Numbered from the whole stretch's first letter, positions 1-9,445 are shown. The stretch is 63,361 nt of DNA, filler included, from Candidatus Woesearchaeota archaeon (GCA_003650545.1; 7 parts of 7 records of this genome joined end to end with filler, not necessarily neighbours in it), one strand, 5' to 3'. Notes: generated by a model from the letters alone, not told the origin. Numbers and translations: made by a program.

Positions 1-726
1 ATCTACTGCAATAACTGTAGCATTCATCCCTTTCCTGATTTTAACAAAGATATAAGAAACTTCATCTTCTTGTAATAAACCTTCGGAAAACTCTCTTGCA
101 GCGTCATAAGAAATCATAAACGTCTGGTCATCTGTAGCGCCGAATGTCCCTCCTATTTCTTTTAATATTCCAACTACTTTTAGTCTTTCTCCATTAACAA
201 GTATTGTTGATCCTGCTTCAACCTTTTTTTCAAAGAGTTTATTTGCTGCTGCATATCCTAAAACAGCCGCTCTACTTTCAGAGCTGACAAAACCCCTCCC
301 TTTTGCTATCCCATAACCTGGAAAATCCTCAAAAAATAATGTGTCCGGCACTCCAAAAACTGGTGTAGATATGTTCTCTCCATGATAACTTATTGTTGTT
401 CTTGTAACCATTAATAGGGGGGTAACTCTTTCAACCCCGCTGATAGATCTTATTAATTCAACATCTTTATCAAAAAGCATGCCTCTTGAAATGCCTGTTG
501 GGGTTCCATAAGCTACTGCCTCGGAATACTCCCCAGGAAAAACAATTATGCTTTCAGCACCAAAAGCAGACAATTCATCTTCAATACTTTTTCTAAAAGA
601 ATCCCCAATCGTAGTTAGAGCAACAAACGACCCAATGCCTATAATAATAGCAATTACTGTTAACCAAGTTCTTAGTCTTCTTCTTTCCATGTTCCTCAAT
701 GAATACTCAAACAAATCCATCTCCAT
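1..726 (-). CDS. ABC transporter permease, MacB/FtsX family (3' end runs off the window; not in ORF track)
   Basis: Own translation MEMDLFEYSLRNMERRRLRTWLTVIAIIIGIGSFVAL..., paralogous to the N-terminus of 729-1934. Confidence 0.9.
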   Translation of the reverse strand, partial: MEMDLFEYSLRNMERRRLRTWLTVIAIIIGIGSFVALTTIGDSFRKSIEDELSAFGAESIIVFPGEYSEAVAYGTPTGISRGMLFDKDVELIRSISGVERVTPLLMVTRTTISYHGENISTPVFGVPDTLFFEDFPGYGIAKGRGFVSSESRAAVLGYAAANKLFEKKVEAGSTILVNGERLKVVGILKEIGGTFGATDDQTFMISYDAAREFSEGLLQEDEVSYIFVKIRKGMNATVIAVD

Positions 727-728
727 TG

Positions 729-1934
729 CTATTTCCTCCTTAACGCCTCTAAAACATCCATATCTGCTGCTCTTTTAGAAGGCAGATAACCAGACAACAG
801 GCCGAGCCCAAAAGAAAACAACAGACCCATAATTACAAGTTCCCAAGTAAGAGATAACTCCATTGGAACAAAACCCGATGCTACTATTAATAATCCAACA
901 GATAAAACAATCCCTGCCAAACCACCTAAAAACCCTATTGCTCCGCTTTCTATTAGAAATATGTGAAGAATATCTTTTTTTCTTACTCCAAGAGATTTTA
1001 GTATGCCAATTTCGTCCGTTCGTTCTGTAACCGACATAAACATAGTGTTCGTTATTCCAATTGAGCCGACTATCAGAGAGATAGCTGCAACACTTCCTAA
1101 AAACAATGTAAGATACCTAAGTATAGTTTGTATTTGTTCTTTTATAGTTTCTGCGGTCATGACTGTGAAATCTTCTTTTCCTTTTAAAACCCCGTGCGAA
1201 TACCTTAATTGCCTCTCTATGTCTTCTTTTACTTTGCTTAAATCATAGCCTTCTTCTATTCTAACATAAATAGCAGAGACCTCGTTTCTTAGCAAATCGG
1301 TAGCAAGAGACCTTGCATCTTCATCTGTGATAAAAATAAGATTATCATTACTCATCAGGCCGCCTTCTTTTTTTAATATTCCAACAACAGTAAATCTTTC
1401 ATCATTTATCTTAATGGATGATCCAACATCCATGTCTTTTTCAAAAAGATCTTTTGCAACTGTGTATCCAATTACTGCGTTTTTTCTATCATTGTTTTGC
1501 AAAAATCTTCCTTTTAATATTTTAATGTTTAAATAATATGTTTTGAATATGGTTGGGTCCATTCCGCGTACTTGCGATCTAATTATTTCTGATTTATACT
1601 CAATTATGGCGTTTCTGATCCGGATGACCCCTGTCGCTTCTTCAACACCAGCAACCATTTTCAATTTTTCAACATCATAATCAAATAATTTACCTACTGT
1701 CGGGGCATAACCCATTGGCGCTAGTTCCGTCCCTACTGAACCTGGATTTATTATTACATTATTTGCTCCAAATTTGCTTAACTCTTTATTTATAGACCTG
1801 TCTAAGCTAAAGGCAACAGACAAAAGAGTGACTAATGCAGCAACACCAACAACAACCCCAAGAACAGTAAGAAAAGTTCTTATGTGTGCATGCATCAAAC
1901 TCTTAATCGCATATTCAAATTTATCTATAAACAT
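729..1934 (-). CDS. ABC transporter permease, MacB/FtsX family
   Basis: RTFLTVLGVVVGV N-terminal TM, extracellular domain, GITNTMFMSVTERTDEIGILKSLG motif, C-terminal TMs. Confidence 0.95.
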   Translation of the reverse strand: MFIDKFEYAIKSLMHAHIRTFLTVLGVVVGVAALVTLLSVAFSLDRSINKELSKFGANNVIINPGSVGTELAPMGYAPTVGKLFDYDVEKLKMVAGVEEATGVIRIRNAIIEYKSEIIRSQVRGMDPTIFKTYYLNIKILKGRFLQNNDRKNAVIGYTVAKDLFEKDMDVGSSIKINDERFTVVGILKKEGGLMSNDNLIFITDEDARSLATDLLRNEVSAIYVRIEEGYDLSKVKEDIERQLRYSHGVLKGKEDFTVMTAETIKEQIQTILRYLTLFLGSVAAISLIVGSIGITNTMFMSVTERTDEIGILKSLGVRKKDILHIFLIESGAIGFLGGLAGIVLSVGLLIVASGFVPMELSLTWELVIMGLLFSFGLGLLSGYLPSKRAADMDVLEALRRK

Positions 1935-3456
1935 GCTTTTGCTTCCTCCAATACCAATAGATTATGACTATAATAACAATAACTGGCAGCAGTATCCAAA
2001 ATACGTTTGTTTCTTTTGCTTGAAACATGGAGACTGCTTCTGCTGAATATATCTTTATTGGAACATTGGAGGTTTCTATATAAGGATTGTTAAAATCATC
2101 TTTGAAATTCAGTTGTATTGGCAAGCTTTCTAAGATAAATGTGTTGTTTTCTATTGAATTTATATACACATCATATTGCACACTGCTGAAGTCGTCTGAA
2201 TCTAAAGAGCCTATAAATTGTGTGTTTTGCGCATTTAACAAACTGATGTGTTCTGTATCCTCTAGTGAAAGCCGCAAAGATTTGATTTCTGAATCTCCTA
2301 TGTTTGAGACTTTTAAAGATAGGATATATTTGCCGTTTTCAACTATTGGTGAAGGCTCTGATTCAATAAAAACACTTAAATCAATATTTGGTTGTATATT
2401 TATGCTTGTTCTTATTGTGTCTGTTTTTTTCTCTGCACTTAATGTTGTATATTCTAAATCAAATTCAATAGTATAATATCCTGGAGAGATATCTTTTATC
2501 CCCAAAGTAACAGGGACTTCTTTTTCTTGTCCTGATGCTATTGCAGTTAAAACAATCTCGTTTTTACTTAAAGGAACAAAGATATCATTTTCTTCTAACG
2601 GAATTTTTATTTCAGATATTGTTTTGTCCCCTTCATTTTTTATCTTAAATATAATCTCAATGGTTTCTCCGCTTGTAAATGAAGACGGATCAACATCAAT
2701 ATCCAATACATGGGTGGTTTCTATAAATTCAAAAGATGGTTGTATGGTTTCATTATAATAATTTCCTAAGATATCATAATAGTTTGCTAATATAGGCACT
2801 GTGATAATGCCAGTATCCATTGCTGAATCAGTATAACCAGTTAATGTTATCTCTGCAGAATCCTCTAAGTCTCCTATATAAACAGGAGAATCCTCAAGAA
2901 TCAAATTATCAGATAAAGAAGATAATTCAACATCTGTTGCTTTATCTCCATCATTATTTACTGTTATATTTATAGAAAACTTTTCGCCAACAATTAATGG
3001 CTGGCTGTCTGTTGATAATGATAAAGCAGGTGGTCTATTAACATATATAGGAACATCAATAGCCCTGTACAATGATTTTGATTCATAATCCTGATCAGGG
3101 TCTTCATATGAACCCCTTATTGTAATTCTTACAGAATAAACGCCTGACGGGGTTGTTTCTAAAACAGTAAACGGTATTGAAATAATTGTGCTTCCGCTTG
3201 GCTGTATATCTCCTATTGAAATAGTTGATTTTGCTTCAATCCCGCTTGAGGGTTGAGTAGAAGCGGTTAGTCTACTCACTTTATAGTCTCCTGAATTTAA
3301 AATCGATAAAGAGATTGTTCCTTTAACACCAGGTCTTGCTATCTCTGGGATAATCTCATAATCAGATACCTGAATGTCTGCCCAAACTGTTGAAGAAAAA
3401 ATTAATAATAAAAGTAATGTTCCTAAAATATATTGTGTGTGCAATACTTTTTTCAT
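1921..3456 (-). CDS. COG1361 S-layer-domain-like membrane-anchored protein associated with the ABC exporter
   Basis: Signal peptide, repeated Ig/CARDB-like units (NxGD..., IGDI/IGSL), C-terminal TM plus basic tail; typical archaeal operon position. Confidence 0.8.
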   Translation of the reverse strand: MKKVLHTQYILGTLLLLLIFSSTVWADIQVSDYEIIPEIARPGVKGTISLSILNSGDYKVSRLTASTQPSSGIEAKSTISIGDIQPSGSTIISIPFTVLETTPSGVYSVRITIRGSYEDPDQDYESKSLYRAIDVPIYVNRPPALSLSTDSQPLIVGEKFSINITVNNDGDKATDVELSSLSDNLILEDSPVYIGDLEDSAEITLTGYTDSAMDTGIITVPILANYYDILGNYYNETIQPSFEFIETTHVLDIDVDPSSFTSGETIEIIFKIKNEGDKTISEIKIPLEENDIFVPLSKNEIVLTAIASGQEKEVPVTLGIKDISPGYYTIEFDLEYTTLSAEKKTDTIRTSINIQPNIDLSVFIESEPSPIVENGKYILSLKVSNIGDSEIKSLRLSLEDTEHISLLNAQNTQFIGSLDSDDFSSVQYDVYINSIENNTFILESLPIQLNFKDDFNNPYIETSNVPIKIYSAEAVSMFQAKETNVFWILLPVIVIIVIIYWYWRKQKHVYR

Positions 3457-4169
3457 CTTTTTTTCACCTCTTTATGCAATTCCCCATCCCTAAGGAAAAG
3501 GGTTCTTTTTGTCTTTTTTGTTATCGATTCATCATGAGTAACTATAACAACTGTTTTACCTTCCCTATTAAGCTTTAAAAATAAATCTAGTATTTGTTTT
3601 CCAGAAACAGAATCTAGATTGCCTGTTGGTTCATCTGCTAAAATAATGTCTGGATTGTTCCCTAAGGACCTTGCTATAGCAACTCTTTGTCTTTCTCCTC
3701 CGCTTAATTGGGATGGTTTGCTGTACATTCTTTCTTCTAATCCAACGCTTTTAAGAAAATTTTCAGCCATTCTTAAACGTGTTTTTTTATCTATACCATA
3801 AAATGCCATAGGCACTGCTACATTTTCAATCGCATTAAAGGTTGGTATTAAGTTGAATGTTTGAAAAACAAAACCTATCTTTTTTCCTCTGATATACGCT
3901 CTTGCATCTTCATGCAGTTTTGAAACATCTTTATGGTCTAATATAATTCTTCCGCTTGTCGGTTCTGTTAACAATCCCATAACATTTAATAACGTTGATT
4001 TTCCGCTTCCGCTTGGACCCATAATACTAACTAATTCTCCTTCATGTATCTCCAAAGAAATGTTCTTCAGCGCATCTACAAATACTTCACCCAAAGGATA
4101 TCTTTTTGAAACATTGCTAAGACCAATCACTGTTTTAACAGTTTTTCTTGAAACCATATCTCTCACCAT
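3453..4169 (-). CDS. ABC transporter ATP-binding protein, LolD/MacB type
   Basis: Walker A GPSGSGKS, signature LSGGERQRVAIAR, Walker B ILADEPTGNLD, H-loop VTHD. Confidence 0.97.
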   Translation of the reverse strand: MVRDMVSRKTVKTVIGLSNVSKRYPLGEVFVDALKNISLEIHEGELVSIMGPSGSGKSTLLNVMGLLTEPTSGRIILDHKDVSKLHEDARAYIRGKKIGFVFQTFNLIPTFNAIENVAVPMAFYGIDKKTRLRMAENFLKSVGLEERMYSKPSQLSGGERQRVAIARSLGNNPDIILADEPTGNLDSVSGKQILDLFLKLNREGKTVVIVTHDESITKKTKRTLFLRDGELHKEVKKR

Positions 4170-4236
4170 TAAATATGATACACTAATATAATCAACATTG
4201 ATAATCTTCCTAAGAGGTTAAAATATATAAGGTTTC

Positions 4237-5124
4237 TTACATTTTTCTTAATTTCTCAATCCTCTTTTCAATGGGGGGATGGGTTGCCAGCAGACTAGTA
4301 AATCCTTTTTTCATTGGCTCTGCAATAAATAAAGGCGCTGTTGCGCTTGTCGCTGTTTTTACTTTTGTATCATGATTCTTTAGCTTTTCTAAAGCATTTG
4401 CCAAGCCAGGCGGATAGCGTGTTAATAATGCACCAGAAGCATCTGCTAAATATTCTCTTTTTCTTGATATGGCTAATTGAACCAATGTGGCAAAGATGGG
4501 CGCTAAAACAATGAATATTACACCTATAATTAATAATATTGGATTGCCTCCCTTGCCTCTTCCTCTTCCTCCAATACCCCCAAAGAACATCATTCTTAAT
4601 GCAAAATGAGCTATTATGGCGATCATACCTACTAAAACTGCTGTTAATGTCATGAACTTAATATCATAATTTTTTATATGGGACATTTCATGAGCGATAA
4701 CCCCTTCTAATTCTGCTCTATTCATTAGATGTATTAATCCCCTTGTAACAGCAATTGCAGAATCCTTTGGGTCCTTTCCTGTTGCAAATGCATTTGGGTT
4801 TGGGTCTTCTATTATATATGCTTCTGGTGTTGGAACGCCTGCTGCTAAAGCAAGCCCTTCTATTGTATTTATTAAATAAGCGTCTTTTACAGGATCTGCT
4901 TTATGAGCTCCGCTGACTTTTAAAACAATATCTTTTCCTTTTGAATATCCGATTAAAGAATAGATGATGCCAATAAAGATAGCAATAATAAGACCTATAA
5001 AACTGCCCATAACAAAGCTTACTGCTATGCCTAATGCTACAATTATAGCAAAAACAAAAAAAAGCAGAAGATAGGAATTGCGTTTATTGCTGCTTATTTG
5101 CTTGTATATCTGCATATTCTCCAC
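4237..5124 (-). CDS. htpX: Zinc metalloprotease HtpX (M48)
   Basis: PNAFATG, HEMSH zinc motif, SRKREYLAD, THPP; follows lemA. Confidence 0.95.
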   Translation of the reverse strand: MENMQIYKQISSNKRNSYLLLFFVFAIIVALGIAVSFVMGSFIGLIIAIFIGIIYSLIGYSKGKDIVLKVSGAHKADPVKDAYLINTIEGLALAAGVPTPEAYIIEDPNPNAFATGKDPKDSAIAVTRGLIHLMNRAELEGVIAHEMSHIKNYDIKFMTLTAVLVGMIAIIAHFALRMMFFGGIGGRGRGKGGNPILLIIGVIFIVLAPIFATLVQLAISRKREYLADASGALLTRYPPGLANALEKLKNHDTKVKTATSATAPLFIAEPMKKGFTSLLATHPPIEKRIEKLRKM

Positions 5125-5140
5125 TTATCCGCTCACAACA

Positions 5141-5695
5141 TTAAAATGAAACCCTAACAGGCCTTCTTGCTTCTTCTTCACCTATCTCAAAATAGTCTTT
5201 CTTTTTTAGATTCATCATTCCTGCTATCATATTATAAGGAAATATTTGTATCTTGTTGTTAAAATCTAAAACTGAATCATTGTAGAACTGTCTTGAATAT
5301 GCGATCTTATTTTCTACCCCTTCCAGTTGCTCTTGCAATAGTCTGAAGTTTTCATCTGCCTGCAGTTTTGGATAATTTTCTGCTACTGCAAACAAAGATT
5401 TTAATGCGCCTGTTAGCATTGTGTCTGCTTTTGCTTTGCTTTTAACAGATGTTGCCTTCATTAAGGATGTTCTTGCTTTTGTTACCTCAGTAAGAACAGT
5501 CTTTTCGTGCTTTGCATAACCCTTGACTGTGTTTACTAGATTAGGTATTAAATCATACCTTTTTCTTAACTGCACATCTATCTGCGCCCATGCATTGTTA
5601 ACCCTGTTTCTTGCTATTATTAAGCCGTTGTATATCAGCGCAATAGCAATCAGGATCACTACTATGATTATTCCTATGATAATTAGAATTATCAT
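5141..5695 (-). CDS. lemA: LemA family protein
   Basis: N-terminal [36 protein letters not shown]. Confidence 0.97.
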   Translation of the reverse strand: MIILIIIGIIIVVILIAIALIYNGLIIARNRVNNAWAQIDVQLRKRYDLIPNLVNTVKGYAKHEKTVLTEVTKARTSLMKATSVKSKAKADTMLTGALKSLFAVAENYPKLQADENFRLLQEQLEGVENKIAYSRQFYNDSVLDFNNKIQIFPYNMIAGMMNLKKKDYFEIGEEEARRPVRVSF

Positions 5696-5917
5696 TTCAC
5701 CACCTCTCCATTGAAAATATAAGGGATTATATGTTTTTTAACCTTTCGTCAAAGAAGTCCCACTTCTCAAAACCCAAAATGTATAAGTAGGGGATGCCTT
5801 TGGTATATGTTTATGGTTTTATTATAACAGGAGAATACAACCATCATATATCCTTGTATAAAAGAATTTATTCTAATTCTCAGAGGTTTTTAGCCGGAAT
5901 CGTACTCTCTTTACATA

Positions 5918-5928
5918 AAAGTATAAAT
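5918..5928 (+). promoter_or_regulatory. Putative archaeal BRE-TATA promoter for the omegaRNA-like segment
   Basis: AAAGTATAAAT about 25 nt upstream of GTAGGCACGG at 5951. Confidence 0.45.
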
Positions 5929-5950
5929 GTCATTTATTTCATATGTGTTA

Positions 5951-6089
5951 GTAGGCACGGAACGGGTCAAGTCTAAGCAGGGTTGCCTGCCCAAGAACTT
6001 GGCATTAGCCGAATTTACGCCTTTGGAGATGAAACTATTGTTTCATCAATGAATTAGGAAGCTTCCTGCGAAAGCTGGGAGTAGTTCAC
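5951..6089 (+). ncRNA. omegaRNA (reRNA)-like scaffold of a TnpB element
   Basis: GTAGGCACGGAACG...GCCGAATTTACGCCTTTGGAGATGAAAC-TATT-GTTTCATC...GGGAGTAGTTCAC resembles TnpB right-end RNAs; several hairpins. Confidence 0.6.
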
Positions 6090-6108
6090 ATCTAACGAGA
6101 AGAAAAAG

Positions 6109-6272
6109 TGCTCCGGCCGGGATTGGCAGGTTCCCTGGCAACATTCTGTGCCAGCAGAACCGTTTGAACCCGGGTCGCTAGGGATCCTCAGTTTTCTTTA
6201 CGAGGTTTCTTTGGCACCCCGAAAGAAAACTCTGAAAGCCTAGTATCCTTGGCCGGACTAGACGACCGGAGC
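6109..6272 (-). tRNA. tRNA-Glu(TTC) with two introns (37/38 at 6184-6232, 49 nt; 59/60 at 6123-6162, 40 nt); CCA not encoded
   Basis: Acceptor GCTCCGG/CCGGAGC, anticodon stem CTAGG/CCTAG with TTC at 6234-6236, T-stem CCGGG/CCCGG; intron 1 forms a canonical bulge-helix-bulge, intron 2 a relaxed one. Confidence 0.92.
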
Positions 6273-6382
6273 AAAAAATGAAATTTTTTGCTTGGTCCCT
6301 TCAAGAACAATTGAAGCGGACCGGAGCAAAAAGCATAAGCTTTTTGTGATGTCTATTTGATTCATTCAAATAGAACCGGAAC
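6264..6382. repeat. Two 55-bp double-hairpin units bounded by copies of the tRNA 5' nonamer
   Basis: GACCGGAGC at 6264 and 6319, AACCGGAAC at 6374 (exact 55-bp period). Confidence 0.8.
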
Positions 6383-6415
6383 TAATAAATGGACTAGAAT
6401 ATGTTATGGTGTCTC

Positions 6416-7000
6416 CTATTTATATATTTTTATATTTTGCTCTATCACTTTATAAATGTCTTTAACTGCTCTTTCACCATCTAAAAATACCCAATGAGAA
6501 GCAAAATAATGTGATTTATATAAATTTAGAAGATTTTGTCTTACTTTTTCCTGGAATTCTAAATCTTTTTCAAAGATATGTTCTCCTCCCTTTTTTCTCC
6601 TCAATCCTTCTTCTGCTGGAATATCTAACAAAAACACAATATCGGGCTTTAGAAAATTTCTTTTTTCAACTTCTTTGATTATATATTCCATTCCTAATTT
6701 AATTCCCTGATATGCAATTGTTGAAAATATGTATCTGCTTAAAATAATGATTTCATCTTTAGTTTTATTTTTTAGTTCTTGTTGATCATAATATATATCA
6801 TCTAAATATAATGTGAGCAATTGGTCGGCTGTTAATTTTGTTTTTTCTAATAAATGGTCGTATATTTTTTTAGATCTTTCTTTTTTAGAAGGATATTGAT
6901 AAAATGAAACTTCTTCTCCCTGCTTTCTCAATTTATCTAATAGAATATCTACTTGCGTAGTTTTGCCTGCACCATCTATACCTTCAAAAACAATAAGCAT
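6416..7000 (-). CDS. tmk: Thymidylate kinase
   Basis: VFEGIDGAGKTTQ P-loop, SRYIFSTIAYQG (DRY variant), PDIVFLLD, FEKDLEFQEKVR. Confidence 0.93.
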   Translation of the reverse strand: MLIVFEGIDGAGKTTQVDILLDKLRKQGEEVSFYQYPSKKERSKKIYDHLLEKTKLTADQLLTLYLDDIYYDQQELKNKTKDEIIILSRYIFSTIAYQGIKLGMEYIIKEVEKRNFLKPDIVFLLDIPAEEGLRRKKGGEHIFEKDLEFQEKVRQNLLNLYKSHYFASHWVFLDGERAVKDIYKVIEQNIKIYK

Positions 7001-7038
7001 AGTATTTATTGTCTGCGAAATTATTTTAAATCAATAAG

Positions 7039-8211
7039 TCATTCAGAGATAAATTGCCTTATCTTTTCTGTCGCCTCTTGGATTATGCGCTCCTGTGGGA
7101 GGAAAACCATCCTAAAGTATTTCTCTTTTAATACAGGAGAGAAGCCGCTTCCTGGAACAACCAAAACACCTGTTTTTTCTAATAAAGAATATACAAAATC
7201 CCAGTCATCTTTCCATTTGCCTGAATTTATTTTTGCAAAAGCATAAAATGCCCCTTTTGGCTTTACTAAATCCAATTCTGGAACATCTTTAAGTGTATTA
7301 TACAATAAATCTCTTCTTTTATCTAGTTTTTCCATATTATATTTCATATAAACACCTGGGTTTGTAAAAGCAGCTAAAGCACCTCTTTGCATCTCCCAAT
7401 TAATACACAATCTTGCATTGCAAAGTTTCTGAAGTGCGGTTTTTAATGGATTGAGGCCTTCCCCATGCAATGCTAAATATCCAATCCTTGCTCCTGGATA
7501 AAAATAAACCTTTGATATACTATAGCCTCTTATTACATTAACATCTTTTGAAATATCTGCTAAAGATATAAATTTGTCTTCTTTATCATAAACTATTTTA
7601 TCATACACTTCATCTGCAATTATAGGAATATCAAACTCTCCTGCAATATTTACTATTTCTTCTAATGCTTTTCTTGAATAAACCGCACCTGTTGGATTGT
7701 TTGGATTTATAACAACTATTGCTTTTGTTTTTTTATTTACTTTTTTTCTCATAACTTCTGTGTCTGGATTCCAGTCTTTATCGCAAGAATAATAATTATC
7801 TTCAGCTCCAATTACTTTTGATATTGAATTATATAATGGATAACCAGGAGAGGGCAGTAAAACATTGTCTCCTGGATTTACTAATGCATTAAATAAAAAC
7901 GAAATGCCTTCACTTAAACCGTTTGTTATAAATACATTTTCTTTATCAATATTTTCTCTGCGCCCAACTGCCTGCCGCAAATCTTCGTCACCAAAAGAGG
8001 GAGCATATCCGCTGAATTTTGGATTATCTAATGCATTTTTTATTGTATTAGTTATATGCTCTGGTGGCTGAAAATCATATTTATTTGGGTCTCCAATATT
8101 TAAATAATAAATTTGTTTTCCTGTTTTTTCAACTTCTTTTGCTTTTAGTATAACATCTCTTATTGCATAATGCAGGTGTGAGATTCTATCTGCTATCTCC
8201 ATAAAAATCAC
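7039..8211 (-). CDS. PLP-dependent class I/II aminotransferase (alanine aminotransferase-like)
   Basis: LNIGDP, INPNNPTGAVY, ADEVYD, SISK (PLP Lys), GARIG. Confidence 0.93.
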   Translation of the reverse strand: MIFMEIADRISHLHYAIRDVILKAKEVEKTGKQIYYLNIGDPNKYDFQPPEHITNTIKNALDNPKFSGYAPSFGDEDLRQAVGRRENIDKENVFITNGLSEGISFLFNALVNPGDNVLLPSPGYPLYNSISKVIGAEDNYYSCDKDWNPDTEVMRKKVNKKTKAIVVINPNNPTGAVYSRKALEEIVNIAGEFDIPIIADEVYDKIVYDKEDKFISLADISKDVNVIRGYSISKVYFYPGARIGYLALHGEGLNPLKTALQKLCNARLCINWEMQRGALAAFTNPGVYMKYNMEKLDKRRDLLYNTLKDVPELDLVKPKGAFYAFAKINSGKWKDDWDFVYSLLEKTGVLVVPGSGFSPVLKEKYFRMVFLPQERIIQEATEKIRQFISE

Positions 8212-8282
8212 CTTGTAGATTAGTTTTGTAAGTTATTGTCTAAACAGCATTTTAAAGAGCGCAGTTTGACATTTGTCTATGT

Positions 8283-8831
8283 TTACTGCTTCCACATTTC
8301 TGCTTTTAATACAAAAACCTGTCCTAAATATGTTGGTATTGTTCTTGTTGTGGAAACTTTATTTGATCTTTCTATACAACTATCTGGAGGATCAGAATAA
8401 ATCGTAATGTGGTCTTGCGGTATTAAACTCCTGCCAGAACTGCTTACGTTCTGCCATACTTCTGAATTGTCTGCTATAAACTCTCCCCCTTCTAAAGATT
8501 CAATTAGATCTTTTAATGGATTAATATCAATATTTTCTGTTATTTCTAAATTCAAACAATAACCATGTTCTGATGCAAGACTTTGCATTTCATCTAAAAC
8601 AGTAACATCTCCGTATGAAGAAAGCCTTTCAATACCTCCGTTTTTCTCTGCTACTTCTAAAATGTCATTTAATAATTGATATTCATAAACAGTTGTATCA
8701 ATAGGTTTAACATTTGCAATCAAAGCCAAAGAAGAAACAAAAATAAGCAAAACTGCTAAGGAAAATACTGCTTCAAACGACATCAATCCTTTTTTACATC
8801 TATCTAATCCGCTTATGCTCATTTTCCGCAC
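8283..8831 (-). CDS. Class III signal peptide (type IV pilin-like) protein
   Basis: KKG|LMSFE followed by a hydrophobic helix. Confidence 0.65.
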   Translation of the reverse strand: MRKMSISGLDRCKKGLMSFEAVFSLAVLLIFVSSLALIANVKPIDTTVYEYQLLNDILEVAEKNGGIERLSSYGDVTVLDEMQSLASEHGYCLNLEITENIDINPLKDLIESLEGGEFIADNSEVWQNVSSSGRSLIPQDHITIYSDPPDSCIERSNKVSTTRTIPTYLGQVFVLKAEMWKQ

Positions 8832-9253
8832 ACCTGCAAATTCTTTACTTCATCCCCTAATAAAACAATACGATTAACACAAAGGCAACCGTCTTTTTCA
8901 GAACAATCTGAAACAGAATCACAAATTTCAAATATTAAATCTAATTTTAATTTCGTCTCTAATTCAGTTTCTTTTGCATATACTTCAGATTCAATAATTT
9001 TATGATGATAGATTGCTGTTTTACCGAATCGTTGTTGTGTTTCTACTGCACCTGTTTTAACTAGATAATCTGCTGCACTTACAACCCTGTTAAATAAAAT
9101 CTGCTCTTCTAACGTTCTTTCATTTGTATTATTTATTTCTGTAATAATATATAATCCAAAATATAGAATAAGTGCAATAGCAACTACTGCAGTAGCCAAA
9201 TCAAACATTATCTGGCCTTTATGCTTTTGTTGTGTAGTATTTTTTGTTTCCAT
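8819..9253 (-). CDS. Class III signal peptide (type IV pilin-like) protein
   Basis: HKG|QIMFD followed by a hydrophobic helix; C-terminal cysteines. Confidence 0.7.
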   Translation of the reverse strand: METKNTTQQKHKGQIMFDLATAVVAIALILYFGLYIITEINNTNERTLEEQILFNRVVSAADYLVKTGAVETQQRFGKTAIYHHKIIESEVYAKETELETKLKLDLIFEICDSVSDCSEKDGCLCVNRIVLLGDEVKNLQVCGK

Positions 9254-9345
9254 TATATCGGTTCTCCTTTCAACCTATTTGCTACGTGTCTTTTAACAAG
9301 CCCAACCCAACCTATCTTTGATAAAACCGGCACACTTATTACTAC
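9253..9345 (-). CDS. 3' end of an upstream gene truncated by the contig edge
   Basis: Open frame ...KRHVANRLKGEPI* whose TAA overlaps the next ATG (TAATG). Confidence 0.55.
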   Translation of the reverse strand, partial: VVISVPVLSKIGWVGLVKRHVANRLKGEPI

Positions 9346-9445
9346 NNNNNNNNNNNNNNNNNNNNNNNNNNNNNNNNNNNNNNNNNNNNTTAATTAATTA
9401 ANNNNNNNNNNNNNNNNNNNNNNNNNNNNNNNNNNNNNNNNNNNN
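9346..9445. other. Artificial contig spacer
   Basis: N44-TTAATTAATTAA-N44. Confidence 0.99.

Larger units (their letters stand above)
5748..6089 (+). mobile_element. Non-autonomous IS200/IS605 (IS1341/TnpB-type) derivative with no intact tnpA/tnpB
   Basis: Left-end-like hairpin CAAAGAAGTCCCACTT...AAGTAGGGGATGCCTTTG; right end GGAAGCTTCCTGCGAAAGCTGGGAGTAGTTCAC; residual TnpB C-tail-like codons (VGTER...AEFTPLEM). Confidence 0.75.

Noticed and set aside
5794..5976. 60-aa ORF as a real gene
   Set aside because: Lies inside the IS-derived element across its hairpin and promoter; no recognisable protein
5965..6007. Hairpin insert in the omegaRNA as a BHB intron
   Set aside because: I could not build a bulge-helix-bulge at its junctions
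6264..6382. Mini CRISPR array
   Set aside because: Repeat is only 9-14 bp, matches the tRNA 5' end, the spacers are mutually similar hairpins, and no cas genes are present
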